Part shown: one piece after another, positions 7,796 to 16,847 of the stretch
How positions within the stretch are numbered: position 1 is the stretch's first letter
Layout: the number at the start of each line of letters is the position of its first letter
Assembly (NCBI GenBank): GCA_041675685.1
Contig: JBAYTM010000001.1
Location: 1-29,238 of the forward strand
From: Thiohalobacteraceae bacterium
Lineage (GTDB): Bacteria; Pseudomonadota; Gammaproteobacteria; Thiohalobacterales; Thiohalobacteraceae
Direction: 5' to 3'
DNA length: 29,238 bases
Notes under the pieces: model-generated
The model's database searches: none
The model's input: only the letters and a program-made list of their open reading frames with translations
Told to the model about the DNA's origin: nothing
Made by a program: the position numbers and the translations under genes

Positions 7796-9180
7796 ATGCT
7801 AGCGATCACCATTCAACGGTTTCTCGCCGACCGGGACGCCAAAGTGCAGCGCCTGCCGCACCCGGTCACCGAGACCCTGTCGCAGGCGGCCCGCCTGTGC
7901 GCGATCGAGGAGACGCCCAGCTCGCGCGCGCCGTCGTGCTGATCGACGCCCAAGGGCCGTTGATGGCGATCCTCCCCAACGATCATCTGCTCGATTTCGC
8001 CGCGCTCTGCCGGCTGTTGAACCGTGAGCTGGAGCCGGTACCGGCCACACAGCTGCGCGGCATCTTCGACGATTGCGAGCCGAACTGCTGCCCGCCACTC
8101 GGCGCGGCCTACGGCTTGGAGACCATCGTCGATTCGGCCTTGCTGGAACATGAACGCCTGTATCTGGAACCGGGCTGTCATTCCCTGTTGCTGCAGCTGC
8201 AACCCGCGGAGTTCCAGCGTCTGCTTGGCAACCCGCGCTGCGAACGCTTTTCACAGCCGGTTTCCGCGCTGCACCGCGGCGACGCGACCGCCGCCACACT
8301 CGGTCAGACCATCGAGCAGTTCACCCCGGCGCGAATCAAACGCCAAGTCGAGGAATTCCACGACTTGCCGGCACTACCGAGTACCGCGCTCGACATTCTC
8401 GATCTCGCCAGCGACCCGCGCGCGGATGCAGAGGATCTGGCCCGGGTCATTCAGCAGGACGCGCCGCTGGCGGCCCGCATCATGCGTTATGCGAATTCGC
8501 CGCTCTACGGCTATCCGGGCAAGATCAAGGACGTCAAGAACGCCATCGCCCGGGTTCTGGGGTTCGATTTCGTGCTCAATCTCGCGCTCGGGATCACGGT
8601 CGGCAAATCGCTGCGTGTACCGGTCGACGGCCCCCTGGGCCTGACCGCGTTCTGGCGCCACTCGATCCACGCCGCCGTGCTGGTCGAACGCCTCTCCATG
8701 CAGATGCCGGCGGCCAAGCGTCCGCGCCGCGGCACCGCCTACCTGGCCGGACTGCTGCACAACATGGGCAGCCTCCTGCTGGGCCACGCCTTCCAGCCGG
8801 AATTTTTTTTGCTGAACCGCTACATGGCGGCCAATCCGGAGCTGCCCGTGGAAACGCTGGAGAAATATCTGCTCGGGGTAGGCCATGATCAGATCGGCGC
8901 CTGGCTCCTGTCGGCCTGGGGCCTGCCGGAGGAACTGGTCGTCGCCGCCCGCCACCACCACGACGAACACTATTGGGGCGACCATGCGGTCTATGCGCAA
9001 TTGGTGCTGATTTCCAACCGGTTACTCGCCCGCCTGGGGCTGGGTACCGGCCGGGAGACCGCGCTGCCGGACGCCAGCCTGGCCGCTCTCGGCCTGGATG
9101 CGGCCAACGCCATCGCGCTCTGCGCCTCGCTCTGCGAGGGCAACACTGAATTGGACGAACTCGCCCGCATGGTTGCCTGA
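7796..9180 (+). pseudogene. YbaK-like plus HDOD domain protein (SadB-like architecture), interrupted by a frameshift near 7905-7915; real lesion or sequencing error
   Basis: GGGAGG RBS then ATG 7796 (MLAITIQRFL...HPVTETLSQAARLCAIE) in frame 2. The domain continues in frame 1 (DAQLARAVVLID...PPLGAAYGL; HDOD with DAPLAARIMRYANS, GLLHNMG, HDQIGAWLLSAWGLP) to TGA 9178-9180. Confidence 0.75.
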
Positions 9181-9332
9181 CGGCAGCCGCTCTGCTCGCC
9201 GCCTCCCCGGGGTTGCCCCGGGTCTCCGGACGGTCCGCGTCGATTTCGAGAACCCTCAAGGCTCCCATTTAATCGGGAACTTCCGCTCTGCTACCCGCCT
9301 CCAATGAAAAACCCCATAGCAATTGTCACGCT

Positions 9333-9389
9333 AAACTTGACTAAAACACTCAACAATTGCTAGTATTTCTGACCATACCAGTCAGGTTT
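9333..9389 (+). promoter_or_regulatory. sigma70 promoter overlapped by two IscR type-1-like boxes
   Basis: TTGACT (9337-9342), 18 bp, TAGTAT (9361-9366) with a TGn extension. Box 1 AAACTTGACTAAAACACTCAACAAT (9333-9357) matches ATASYYGACTRWWWYAGTCRRSTAT at 22/25; box 2 ATTTCTGACCATACCAGTCAGGTTT (9365-9389) at 20/25. Confidence 0.7.
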
Positions 9390-9438
9390 CAACCTGAATT
9401 GACTGACCGTCCAGAAACGACTTGATGCGAGGTACGCC

Positions 9439-9891
9439 ATGAAACTTTCGACCAAAGGCCGCTATGCAATCACTGCAATGATGGAGTTGGCGTTGCGCCA
9501 CAAGCAGGGTCCAGTCACCTTGGCTGACATCTCCGTCGAGCAATCCATTTCCGTATCCTACTTGGAACAACTGTTCGCACAGCTGCGCAAACACGGGCTG
9601 GTAACTGGACTGCGTGGGCCGGGTGGAGGCTACTGCCTGCGCCGTCCGGCGAGCGAAATCAGCGTTGCGGACATCCTGCGCGCAGTGGACGAAAGCCTCG
9701 AGGCGGTATCACGGCCGCAGCGGGACGAGGAATCCACCGACGCGGACCACCGCGGCGAAAGCCTGGTGCTCTGGGATCAGCTGAGCCATCAGATCTACGA
9801 CTACCTCGACAGCATCAGCCTCGCGCAGGCCGTCACCCATAAGGGTCCCGGCAAGACCGAGGCGGGTACGCTGCAACGTAGCGCTGCCTGA
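9439..9891 (+). CDS. Rrf2-family regulator, IscR-like but lacking the Fe-S ligands
   Basis: MKLSTKGRYA, SYLEQLF and RGPGGGY as in IscR; the C-terminal ligand region contains no Cys. Confidence 0.9.
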   Translation: MKLSTKGRYAITAMMELALRHKQGPVTLADISVEQSISVSYLEQLFAQLRKHGLVTGLRGPGGGYCLRRPASEISVADILRAVDESLEAVSRPQRDEESTDADHRGESLVLWDQLSHQIYDYLDSISLAQAVTHKGPGKTEAGTLQRSAA

Positions 9892-9908
9892 ACCTATCGA
9901 CCAAGTCC

Positions 9909-9937
9909 ATGCCGGGTGAATCACCCGGCATTTTTTT
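9909..9937 (+). terminator. Rho-independent terminator
   Basis: ATGCCGGGTG-AAT-CACCCGGCAT followed by a T run, directly after the Rrf2 gene. Confidence 0.85.
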
Positions 9938-9961
9938 GCCCGTGTACTTTAGAATGCCGCG

Positions 9962-10765
9962 ATGTTGACCGACCGCGGTACCTTGGTTTTCGCCCAGCGC
10001 GACAGCGACGGATTGATCGAAGTGCTCGATAACGACGGCGTCCGGACGCTGTATTTCGGCACGCGCGCGGCGCAAAGCAGCATGCTGTTGTATGCACCCT
10101 CCGTGCTGGCACTGGAATATACCCGCTGCATGTTGGCGGCGCTGCTATTCCAACCCCGCCCACAAAACATATTGCTGATCGGGCTGGGCGGCGGCTCGCT
10201 GGTGCGTTACCTGCTTGATCACTTTCCACAGGCGAACATCGTCTGCGTCGAAAGCCGTCCGAGCATTCTCGATCTGGCACGGCGGTACTTTCTCCTTCCG
10301 GAACGGCCCCAGCTCCAGGTGCATGTCGGCGACGGTGCGGACTTCCTCCGGGATTGCGCGCCGGGCAGGTTCGATCTCGTCCTGGTCGACGCCTTCGATA
10401 GCGAGGGTGTCCATGAAAGTGTCTGCTCCGCGTCCTTCTTTGCCGATTGTCGACGAGTCCTGGCCCGTTCCGGGGTTCTGTCGATCAATCTATGGACGAC
10501 ACCGAGTGCGCCGATCAAGAGCATTCTCGCGCAGATGCAGCAAGGCTTCGGCGGCCAGATCCTGCGCCTGCCGGTGGAAAAGCGCGCCAACCTGATCGCG
10601 CTCGGTCTGGTCACTCCGCATTCGCGGCAGGATTTGAAACGGCTGCGCGCCTCGGCCCGCACATCGTCGGGACGCTTCGGTCTCGATTTTCCAAACCAGC
10701 TGCGTCGCATCGAACAGCACAGCGGCAATGTCTTCAGCCGCCTGCTGAGCTGGGGAAGACGGTGA
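9962..10765 (+). CDS. Spermidine synthase-like SAM-dependent methyltransferase fold protein
   Basis: QSSM, YTRCM, LLIGLGGGSL and DLVLVDAFD motifs. Confidence 0.85.
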   Translation: MLTDRGTLVFAQRDSDGLIEVLDNDGVRTLYFGTRAAQSSMLLYAPSVLALEYTRCMLAALLFQPRPQNILLIGLGGGSLVRYLLDHFPQANIVCVESRPSILDLARRYFLLPERPQLQVHVGDGADFLRDCAPGRFDLVLVDAFDSEGVHESVCSASFFADCRRVLARSGVLSINLWTTPSAPIKSILAQMQQGFGGQILRLPVEKRANLIALGLVTPHSRQDLKRLRASARTSSGRFGLDFPNQLRRIEQHSGNVFSRLLSWGRR

Positions 10766-10917
10766 TGGTCCAGTCTCTTTGCGGCCGGGCGTTTGATTGC
10801 AGTCGATCAAACGCGCCCAACGGCCTTGCCGGGCTTCAGCGCGCCTAGCGGCGGACGGATTCTGTATTTTCCGACACCGGCTCCGTACACTGCCCGCCAG
10901 TCTCGAGACCCTTCTCC

Positions 10918-11667
10918 ATGCCGTTACCAGAACTACTCGGTTTCGTCCTGATTGCCACGCTGGGGAGTTTCGTCCAGGCCTTGAGCGGCTTCGCGCTCGG
11001 GCTGATCGTGCTCGGCAGTGTCACCGTGCTGCAGCTCGCACCCATCCCCTTCACCGCCGCAGTGATCAGCATGATTTCGCTGGTGAACGGCGCCTGGGTA
11101 CTGGCGCGTCACCCGCGCGCCATCGAATGGCGCAGCGTCGGTTGGGCGGGCCTGGGCCTGTTGCCGGCGATCGGTCTGGGATTGGCGTTGCTGGCGCGTC
11201 TCGACAGCGAATGGCCACAGTTCTTGCGCCAGTTGCTCGGCGTGGTGATTCTGGTCGCGGGCGGTCTGTTGATGCTGCGGCCGCGCCCCAAGCCGCAACC
11301 GTCCGGACGCCTCGGCACCCTCGCGAGCGGTGTGGCCGGCGGCCTGCTCGGCGGACTGTTCAGCACCGCCGGACCGCCAGTGGTGTTTCATCTGTACCGC
11401 CAGCCCTGGTCGCTCGTAAGCATCCGCTCGACACTGCTTGCGACCTTCGCGATCAGCACGCTGGCGCGTATCCTCTGGCAGAGCGCGCGCGGCGAACTGG
11501 TCTGGCCCATGGTCGAGATGGCACTGTACTGCACGGTGCCGGTGTTGCTCGCCGCCTATGGAGGTGCGCGCCTGGCACCGCGTATCGGCTTGCAACGCAT
11601 GCGCCGGCTCGCCTTTGCCCTGCTCGCCCTGACCGGATTCGGTCTGTTACTGCCTGCGGGCACATAG
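10918..11667 (+). CDS. Sulfite exporter TauE/SafE family membrane protein
   Basis: 249 aa, about 8 TM helices, VQALSGFALG and GGLFSTAGPP motifs. Confidence 0.88.
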   Translation: MPLPELLGFVLIATLGSFVQALSGFALGLIVLGSVTVLQLAPIPFTAAVISMISLVNGAWVLARHPRAIEWRSVGWAGLGLLPAIGLGLALLARLDSEWPQFLRQLLGVVILVAGGLLMLRPRPKPQPSGRLGTLASGVAGGLLGGLFSTAGPPVVFHLYRQPWSLVSIRSTLLATFAISTLARILWQSARGELVWPMVEMALYCTVPVLLAAYGGARLAPRIGLQRMRRLAFALLALTGFGLLLPAGT

Positions 11668-11702
11668 CGCAGGCGCACGCGACATTTGGTTACACTGGGC
11701 GA

Positions 11703-12566
11703 ATGAATGATCCGGACCCCGCAATGAACGATGAAGTCCTGCAACTCTATCCGCCTCCGACGCAAGGCGTTCCGCTGAGCCGGCTCTATCTCGAGCATCC
11801 CCTGCATCGCATCAGCGGATCCGAATCGGGATTGGTCTATAGCAATTTCGTCAGCAGCCTGGACGGGCGGATCGCCTTGCCGCGACCGGGCAAAGTTTCA
11901 CACGGCGTCCCGCCGTCGATCGGTAATGCACGCGATTGGCGTCTCTATCAGGAGCTGGGCGCGCAGGCGGACGTGCTGATCACCAGCGCCCGCTATTACC
12001 GCCAATACGCCCGCGGCGAGGCGCAGGACCAATTGCCGGTCGGACCCGGTGACAAGTTCGCCGACCTGCGTCAGTGGCGCCTCGAACAGGGTCTCAGCGC
12101 GCAACCCGATATAGCGATCTTCAGCGCGAGCCTCGATATACCGGCCAGCGCCCTGCAGGCGTACGCCGAACGGCGCGTGCATGTATTGACCGGTGCCGAG
12201 GCCGACACCGGGCGGGTCGCGGCCGTGCGGGCGGCGGGCGCCGAGGTGCATTTCGCGGGGCGCGGCAGGTCGGTCGATGGCGCGGCCGCGGTCTCTGCAC
12301 TGCGCGCGCTGGGGTACCGGAACATGTACGTGATCGCCGGTTCTTCGGTACTGCATACGCTGCTACGGGATGGGGTGTTACAACGCCTGTACTTGAGTTT
12401 TGCGCACCGGCTGGTCGCTGGCGAATGTTTCGATACGCTGGCGTTCGGTCCGGAACTGGACCCGGCACCGGCACCGGTGCTGCGCTCGCTGTTCTACGAC
12501 GCCCATGCGACGCAGTCCCTGGGCCAGCTACTGACCTGCTATGACTTCGGGTCGCCGGCGCCATAG
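11703..12566 (+). CDS. RibD C-terminal (DHFR-like reductase) domain protein, about 287 aa
   Basis: VYSNFVSSLDGRIA and DWRLYQELGAQADV motifs. Start trimmed from the 589-aa ORF to ATG 11703 (alternative 11724). Confidence 0.8.
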   Translation: MNDPDPAMNDEVLQLYPPPTQGVPLSRLYLEHPLHRISGSESGLVYSNFVSSLDGRIALPRPGKVSHGVPPSIGNARDWRLYQELGAQADVLITSARYYRQYARGEAQDQLPVGPGDKFADLRQWRLEQGLSAQPDIAIFSASLDIPASALQAYAERRVHVLTGAEADTGRVAAVRAAGAEVHFAGRGRSVDGAAAVSALRALGYRNMYVIAGSSVLHTLLRDGVLQRLYLSFAHRLVAGECFDTLAFGPELDPAPAPVLRSLFYDAHATQSLGQLLTCYDFGSPAP

Positions 12567-12621
12567 CGGGAGAATCGGCGCCTCCAGGACAAACGGCGAC
12601 TCTCTACAGCCAACAGCCGGA

Positions 12622-13050
12622 CTAATCGATGTCGGCCTCGTAGGCTCGTTGCGCGAGCAGCGCCGCGCGGACCCGCGCCAGGGGCACTGCGGCGCCGCGC
12701 TCTATGCCCTCGCAGCGCGCGGCCTCGGCCCGCCAGGCGGCCTTGCTGCGCAGCAATTCCGGCCAGAAAGGATAAGTACGGCATTGCGTCGGCCGTGCGG
12801 CGTACACGCGACAACGCCCCGCGGCGCTCAGAAAGGTGCAACGGCCGTCCGCACGTAGCGCCAGAGTCAGCTCGCCACTATCGAGGCGCCGCAGATAACG
12901 ACGCCGAAACCAGGCCGGTGTCAGGCCCAACAGGACGCGAATACGGTCGGCCTCCGCCGCTTTGACAAAGACGTGGTAGGCGCCCCCACCCGTGCAACAG
13001 CGACCGCATTGGGTGCATTCGAAATGTAAGGGTTGGGTCGTATAAAACAT
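12622..13050 (-). CDS. YkgJ-family cysteine cluster protein (CxxCxxCC)
   Basis: FECTQCGRCC...CTFL...CRVY.ARPTQCRTYPFW...CEGI. Confidence 0.88.
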   Translation of the reverse strand: MFYTTQPLHFECTQCGRCCTGGGAYHVFVKAAEADRIRVLLGLTPAWFRRRYLRRLDSGELTLALRADGRCTFLSAAGRCRVYAARPTQCRTYPFWPELLRSKAAWRAEAARCEGIERGAAVPLARVRAALLAQRAYEADID

Positions 13051-13224
13051 GGCCGGACTTCGCGCGTCGACGGAAAGGACTGCGAGTTTATACCGCAGGG
13101 CATTACAATTGTACGGCGGTCATCTTTAGACCTGCGGCGCGCGCCGGACTTCGCCAACTAATTTTTTGCAATGGGAACGCGCCCGCCCTTTTCCCGGCAA
13201 CCGCTTTAACGAGTCCATTACCGC

Positions 13225-13740
13225 ATGCGCAAAGTTCTCTATCAGGGCGCTGTCGTCGATCTCGGCCTGGAGACGGTCGAGCTGCCCGACGGAAATCGCC
13301 TGGATCTCGAAGTAGTGCGTCATCCGGGTGGTGCTGCGGTGGTCGCGCTGGACGACCGGCATCGCGTCTGCCTGCTGCGTCAATACCGTCACGCCGCTGG
13401 AGGCTGGCTTTGGGAACTTCCGGCCGGAAAACTCGACCCGGGCGAGGCCGCGCTTACCACGGCACAGCGCGAGCTGGAGGAAGAGGCCGGGCTTCGTGCC
13501 GAGTCCTGGACCGACTTGGCGCGGGTGCTGACCACCCCGGGCTTCTGCGATGAAGTGATTCACCTCTTCCTCGCCACCGGCCTGCACGAGGTGCCGAGCC
13601 ACCACCAGGCGCACGAGTGCATCGAAGTACACTGGCGTCCGTTCGACGACGCCATGACCATGGCGCGGCGCGGCGACATTCAGGATGCCAAGACCCTGCT
13701 GGGGTTGTTCTATGCCGCCGATGACGCGCGCGATGGCTGA
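13225..13740 (+). CDS. NUDIX hydrolase (ADP-ribose pyrophosphatase-like)
   Basis: Nudix box GKLDPGEAALTTAQRELEEEAG, with HPGG, RQYR and IQDAKT motifs. Confidence 0.9.
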   Translation: MRKVLYQGAVVDLGLETVELPDGNRLDLEVVRHPGGAAVVALDDRHRVCLLRQYRHAAGGWLWELPAGKLDPGEAALTTAQRELEEEAGLRAESWTDLARVLTTPGFCDEVIHLFLATGLHEVPSHHQAHECIEVHWRPFDDAMTMARRGDIQDAKTLLGLFYAADDARDG

Positions 13741-13809
13741 TCGTCCGGCCGCTTCAAAAACGCGCAGACCGCCTGCTACACTGCAGCACCTTCCCGCCCG
13801 GGTTTCTAT

Positions 13810-14388
13810 ATGCGCGTTCTTGCCCTGCTGAGCCTTTGTCTGCTGATTGGATTGCCGGCGTTGCACGCGCAAGAGCTTGCCGGCGCCCGCGTCCCTGAAA
13901 CGGCCCGCTTGCATCAGGACAGCAGCACATTATCGCTGAACGGCGCGGGCGTCCGCCGCAAGCTGTTCGTCGGGATTTACGTCGGCGCCTTGTATCTGCC
14001 ACAGCCGTCCCGCGACCCCGCGACCATCCTCGACATGCCGGGCGCCAAGCGCTTCAGCATGCATTTCGTTCACCCGGAAATCCCACCCGAGAAATTGGTG
14101 CCGGTATGGAAGCAAGGTTTCCGCGACAACCTTTCGCCCGAAGCGTTCACGTCACTCCGTCCGCGTATCGCCAATTTCAACGGGTTGTTTCCGACGCTGC
14201 GCAGAGGCGATCGCGTCGACATCGATCTGATTCCGGGTAGCGGCACGCAGGTCTGGATCAACGACGAGCTGCGCGGCAAGGTCGCGGGCGATGACTTCGC
14301 ACACGCGCTGCTGCATATCTGGCTTGGCGAACGGCCGGCGGATACCGCGTTGAAGCAGGCACTGCTCGGTGGGAAGCCGCGGCCATGA
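13810..14388 (+). CDS. Exported chalcone isomerase-like family protein
   Basis: Signal peptide (ALHA), LNGAGVRRKLFVGIYVGALYL, and IWLGERPADTALKQALLG. Confidence 0.88.
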   Translation: MRVLALLSLCLLIGLPALHAQELAGARVPETARLHQDSSTLSLNGAGVRRKLFVGIYVGALYLPQPSRDPATILDMPGAKRFSMHFVHPEIPPEKLVPVWKQGFRDNLSPEAFTSLRPRIANFNGLFPTLRRGDRVDIDLIPGSGTQVWINDELRGKVAGDDFAHALLHIWLGERPADTALKQALLGGKPRP

Positions 14389-15350
14389 GTCTGGCCTTGC
14401 CGCGCGGTGTGGTGCTGGATCTGGCGACACTGCATCCTCAGGATCTCGACCTGAGCGGATTGCGCAAGACCTTGCCGCTTTGGGACACGTACAACCACAG
14501 CAGCGCCGCCGAGGCCGCGCTGCGCCTGCAGGACGCCACGGTCGCAGTCACCAACAAGTTCGTAATCGATGCGACGCTGCTTGCGCGTGCGCCGAAGTTG
14601 CGCCTGGTCTGTATTGCCGCGACCGGCACCAACAATATCGATCTGAGCGCCGCAAGCGAACGCGGCGTTGCCGTCGCGCATGTCACGGGCTACGCGACGC
14701 ATTCGGTCGTCGAACACGTTTTCGCGCTGATGCTCAGTCTGCGACGCCGGCTCAGTGAACAGCAGCACGGTGCAAGCAGCCTCTGGGCACGCCAACGCAA
14801 CTTCTGTATCACCGACTATCCCACCCAGGAACTGCATGGCACGAAGCTCGGCATCGTCGGCTATGGAGAACTCGGACAAGCGGTCGCGTCGGTCGGTCGC
14901 GCCTTCGGTATGCAGATCCTGATTGCCCAACGCCCCGGCGGCGACGACCGCAGCGGCCGGCTACCGCTCGAAGAGCTGCTCCGCGAGGCCGATGTCGTCA
15001 GTCTGCACTGTCCGCTCGCAAGCAATACCCAAGGGTTGATCACGGCGCGTGAACTGGCGCTGATGAAGCCGACTGCCCTGTTGATCAACACGGCACGCGG
15101 CGGGCTCGTCGACGAACACGCATTGATGGCGGCATTGCAGAATGACCGGCTCGGCGGGGCCGGCATCGATGTTTTGCGCGAAGAACCGCCCCGGCATGGG
15201 AGCCCGCTGCTGCTCGCGCGCCTGCCCAATCTGATCGTCACACCGCATGTCGCTTGGGCCAGCTGCGAGGCGCGGCAGCGGCTGGTGGACGAACTGACGG
15301 CGAACATCGAGGCATTTCTGGCCGGCGAAATCCGCAATCGCGTGTGCTGA
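14385..15350 (+). CDS. D-2-hydroxyacid dehydrogenase (glycerate dehydrogenase-like)
   Basis: ATGTNNID, GIVGYGELG, SLHCPL, INTARG, DVLREEP and TPHVAW motifs; ATGA overlap with the upstream gene. Confidence 0.9.
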   Translation: MSLALPRGVVLDLATLHPQDLDLSGLRKTLPLWDTYNHSSAAEAALRLQDATVAVTNKFVIDATLLARAPKLRLVCIAATGTNNIDLSAASERGVAVAHVTGYATHSVVEHVFALMLSLRRRLSEQQHGASSLWARQRNFCITDYPTQELHGTKLGIVGYGELGQAVASVGRAFGMQILIAQRPGGDDRSGRLPLEELLREADVVSLHCPLASNTQGLITARELALMKPTALLINTARGGLVDEHALMAALQNDRLGGAGIDVLREEPPRHGSPLLLARLPNLIVTPHVAWASCEARQRLVDELTANIEAFLAGEIRNRVC

Positions 15351-15424
15351 TCCCGCTCGTGCGCAAAGCGCGCCATCGGCCGCCGCGTCCTCGCGCCACG
15401 CCAACGGCTGCGCGGGATTCTCAT

Positions 15425-15541
15425 TTAAGGAAACTCTGATCAATCCCAGTTTCGTCATTCCCGCGAAAGCGGGAATCCAGAAATTCAAATGCATGGATTC
15501 CGGCCTGCGCCGGAATGACGGATTGTTCAGACCTTCCTTAA
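15425..15541. mobile_element. Non-autonomous MITE (109 bp, 15429-15537) with IS5-like terminal inverted repeats and a TTAA target duplication
   Basis: TTAA at 15425-15428 and 15538-15541. TIRs GGAAACTCTGATCAATCC and (rc) GGAAGGTCTGAACAATCC are 15/18 identical; the right TIR matches the IS5 end GGAAGGTGCGAACAAG (recalled) at 13/16. Confidence 0.75.
15453..15520. repeat. Inverted doublet of CGTC-tagged REP-like (dRS3-like) palindromes inside the MITE
   Basis: CGTCATTCCCGCGAAAGCGGGAATCCA (15453-15479) and rc CGTCATTCCGGCGCAGGCCGGAATCCA (15494-15520), 23/27 identical, 14-bp spacer. Confidence 0.75.
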
Positions 15542-15660
15542 AGTAGATGCGGCCACCACCCGGGTTGCGTAACGGCGCGCTGCTCCGCCAGCGCCCTGCC
15601 CAGCGCGCCGCGGCACCGGTATACTGGGCGCTCCACCACAAACCTCTATTTGGTGACCGC

Positions 15661-16206
15661 ATGGCTTGGAATTGGGGTATCGGCGTCATCGCCTTCGCGT
15701 TCGGTCTGGGAGTCGGCTTTTTGCTGGCGTACCTGCTGGCGCCGCGCAGCGGCCGCATTCAGGCCCTGGAGGGGGAATTGCGCGCGGCGCAGTCCGACCA
15801 CGCCGCCTACCGTGGCAAAGTCGATCAGCACTTCCGCAAGACCGCGGAGCTTTTCGAGGACATGACCGGCCGCTACCGCGCCGTGTATCAGCACATGGCA
15901 AGCGGCGCGCAGATGTTATGTGAGGAGCGACCTCCGTCTCTGCAACTGGAAATCACCGATCGCGGACAGCTTGCGAACGACCCCGCACCTCGGCCCCCGG
16001 AAGATGTGCCGGCGACGGATGTTCCGGCCGAGTCCGAGGCCGGGTACGGCATGCCGAAAACCGCGGCACCTCATTCCGCTACGCCAGATGACACGGCGGA
16101 CAGTGACGATTATCTGGGCGATGCGCCCCAGGTCCCGGAATTGACCGATGAGGTCGAGGCGCCGTCGAAGCAGGCATCCACGGGGGCACCGCGCCCACCG
16201 CATTGA
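15661..16206 (+). CDS. yhcB: YhcB/ZapG (DUF1043) family membrane-anchored protein, 181 aa
   Basis: N-terminal TM, coiled coil, VDQHFRKTAELFEDMTGRYRAVYQHMASGAQML, then an acidic Pro-rich tail. Start trimmed to ATG 15661. Confidence 0.85.
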   Translation: MAWNWGIGVIAFAFGLGVGFLLAYLLAPRSGRIQALEGELRAAQSDHAAYRGKVDQHFRKTAELFEDMTGRYRAVYQHMASGAQMLCEERPPSLQLEITDRGQLANDPAPRPPEDVPATDVPAESEAGYGMPKTAAPHSATPDDTADSDDYLGDAPQVPELTDEVEAPSKQASTGAPRPPH

Positions 16207-16338
16207 CCCGAATTACTTCGCTGATCGCCCGGCCACAGAAGCCGGCATTGAATTCCCGCAGCAGGCTGATCGCCGACTCCGGGCCGCACGGAGCCCAGCG
16301 AAGCCTCCTGCTGTCCGGTCGGCTCGGCAACGCAGGTG

Positions 16339-16755
16339 CTACTCGCCGTACAGGGTCAATGTCAGGCGCCGCCGGTGCGGCTGCGTCCGGTGTTCCCAAA
16401 CGAACAAGCCCTGCCAGGTTCCCAGGGCGCAACGGCCGGCGACGACCGGTACGGAGAGTGTCGAGCCGACCAGCAACGTCCGGACATGGGCCGCCATGTC
16501 GTCCGGGCCCTCGTCGCGATGCCGGAACAGCGGATCACCGTCCGGCACCAGCCGCGCCATGAAGCGTTCGAGGTCCGCCCGCACCTCCGGGTCGGCGTTC
16601 TCGCACAGCATCAACGACGCACTGGTGTGGTGCAGGAACAGGTGGGCGATCCCGGTAACAATGCCGGAATCCGCCACATGACCCTGAATCTCCTGCGTTA
16701 TCGCCTGACTGCCGCGTCCAGGGGTGGCGATCTCGAGGCTTCTCTGAAAGACCAT
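16339..16755 (-). CDS. yjbQ: YjbQ (UPF0047) secondary thiamine-phosphate synthase family protein
   Basis: HTSASL.L.ENADP.VR.DL, EGPDDMAAH and LGTWQG motifs; AGGAG RBS before ATG 16755. Confidence 0.9.
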   Translation of the reverse strand: MVFQRSLEIATPGRGSQAITQEIQGHVADSGIVTGIAHLFLHHTSASLMLCENADPEVRADLERFMARLVPDGDPLFRHRDEGPDDMAAHVRTLLVGSTLSVPVVAGRCALGTWQGLFVWEHRTQPHRRRLTLTLYGE

Positions 16756-16847
16756 TGACTGTGCTCCTGCGGTCGTCGACAAATTAGCGCTACGCCGGAT
16801 CCGCCGCTCCTGTATAATCCCGCGCTCTTTTCCCCAGGTGCGCCGCC

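Noticed and set aside
7895-7925. Programmed ribosomal frameshift in the YbaK-HDOD gene
   Set aside because: No slippery heptamer or homopolymer run at the junction; mutation or sequencing error is more likely.
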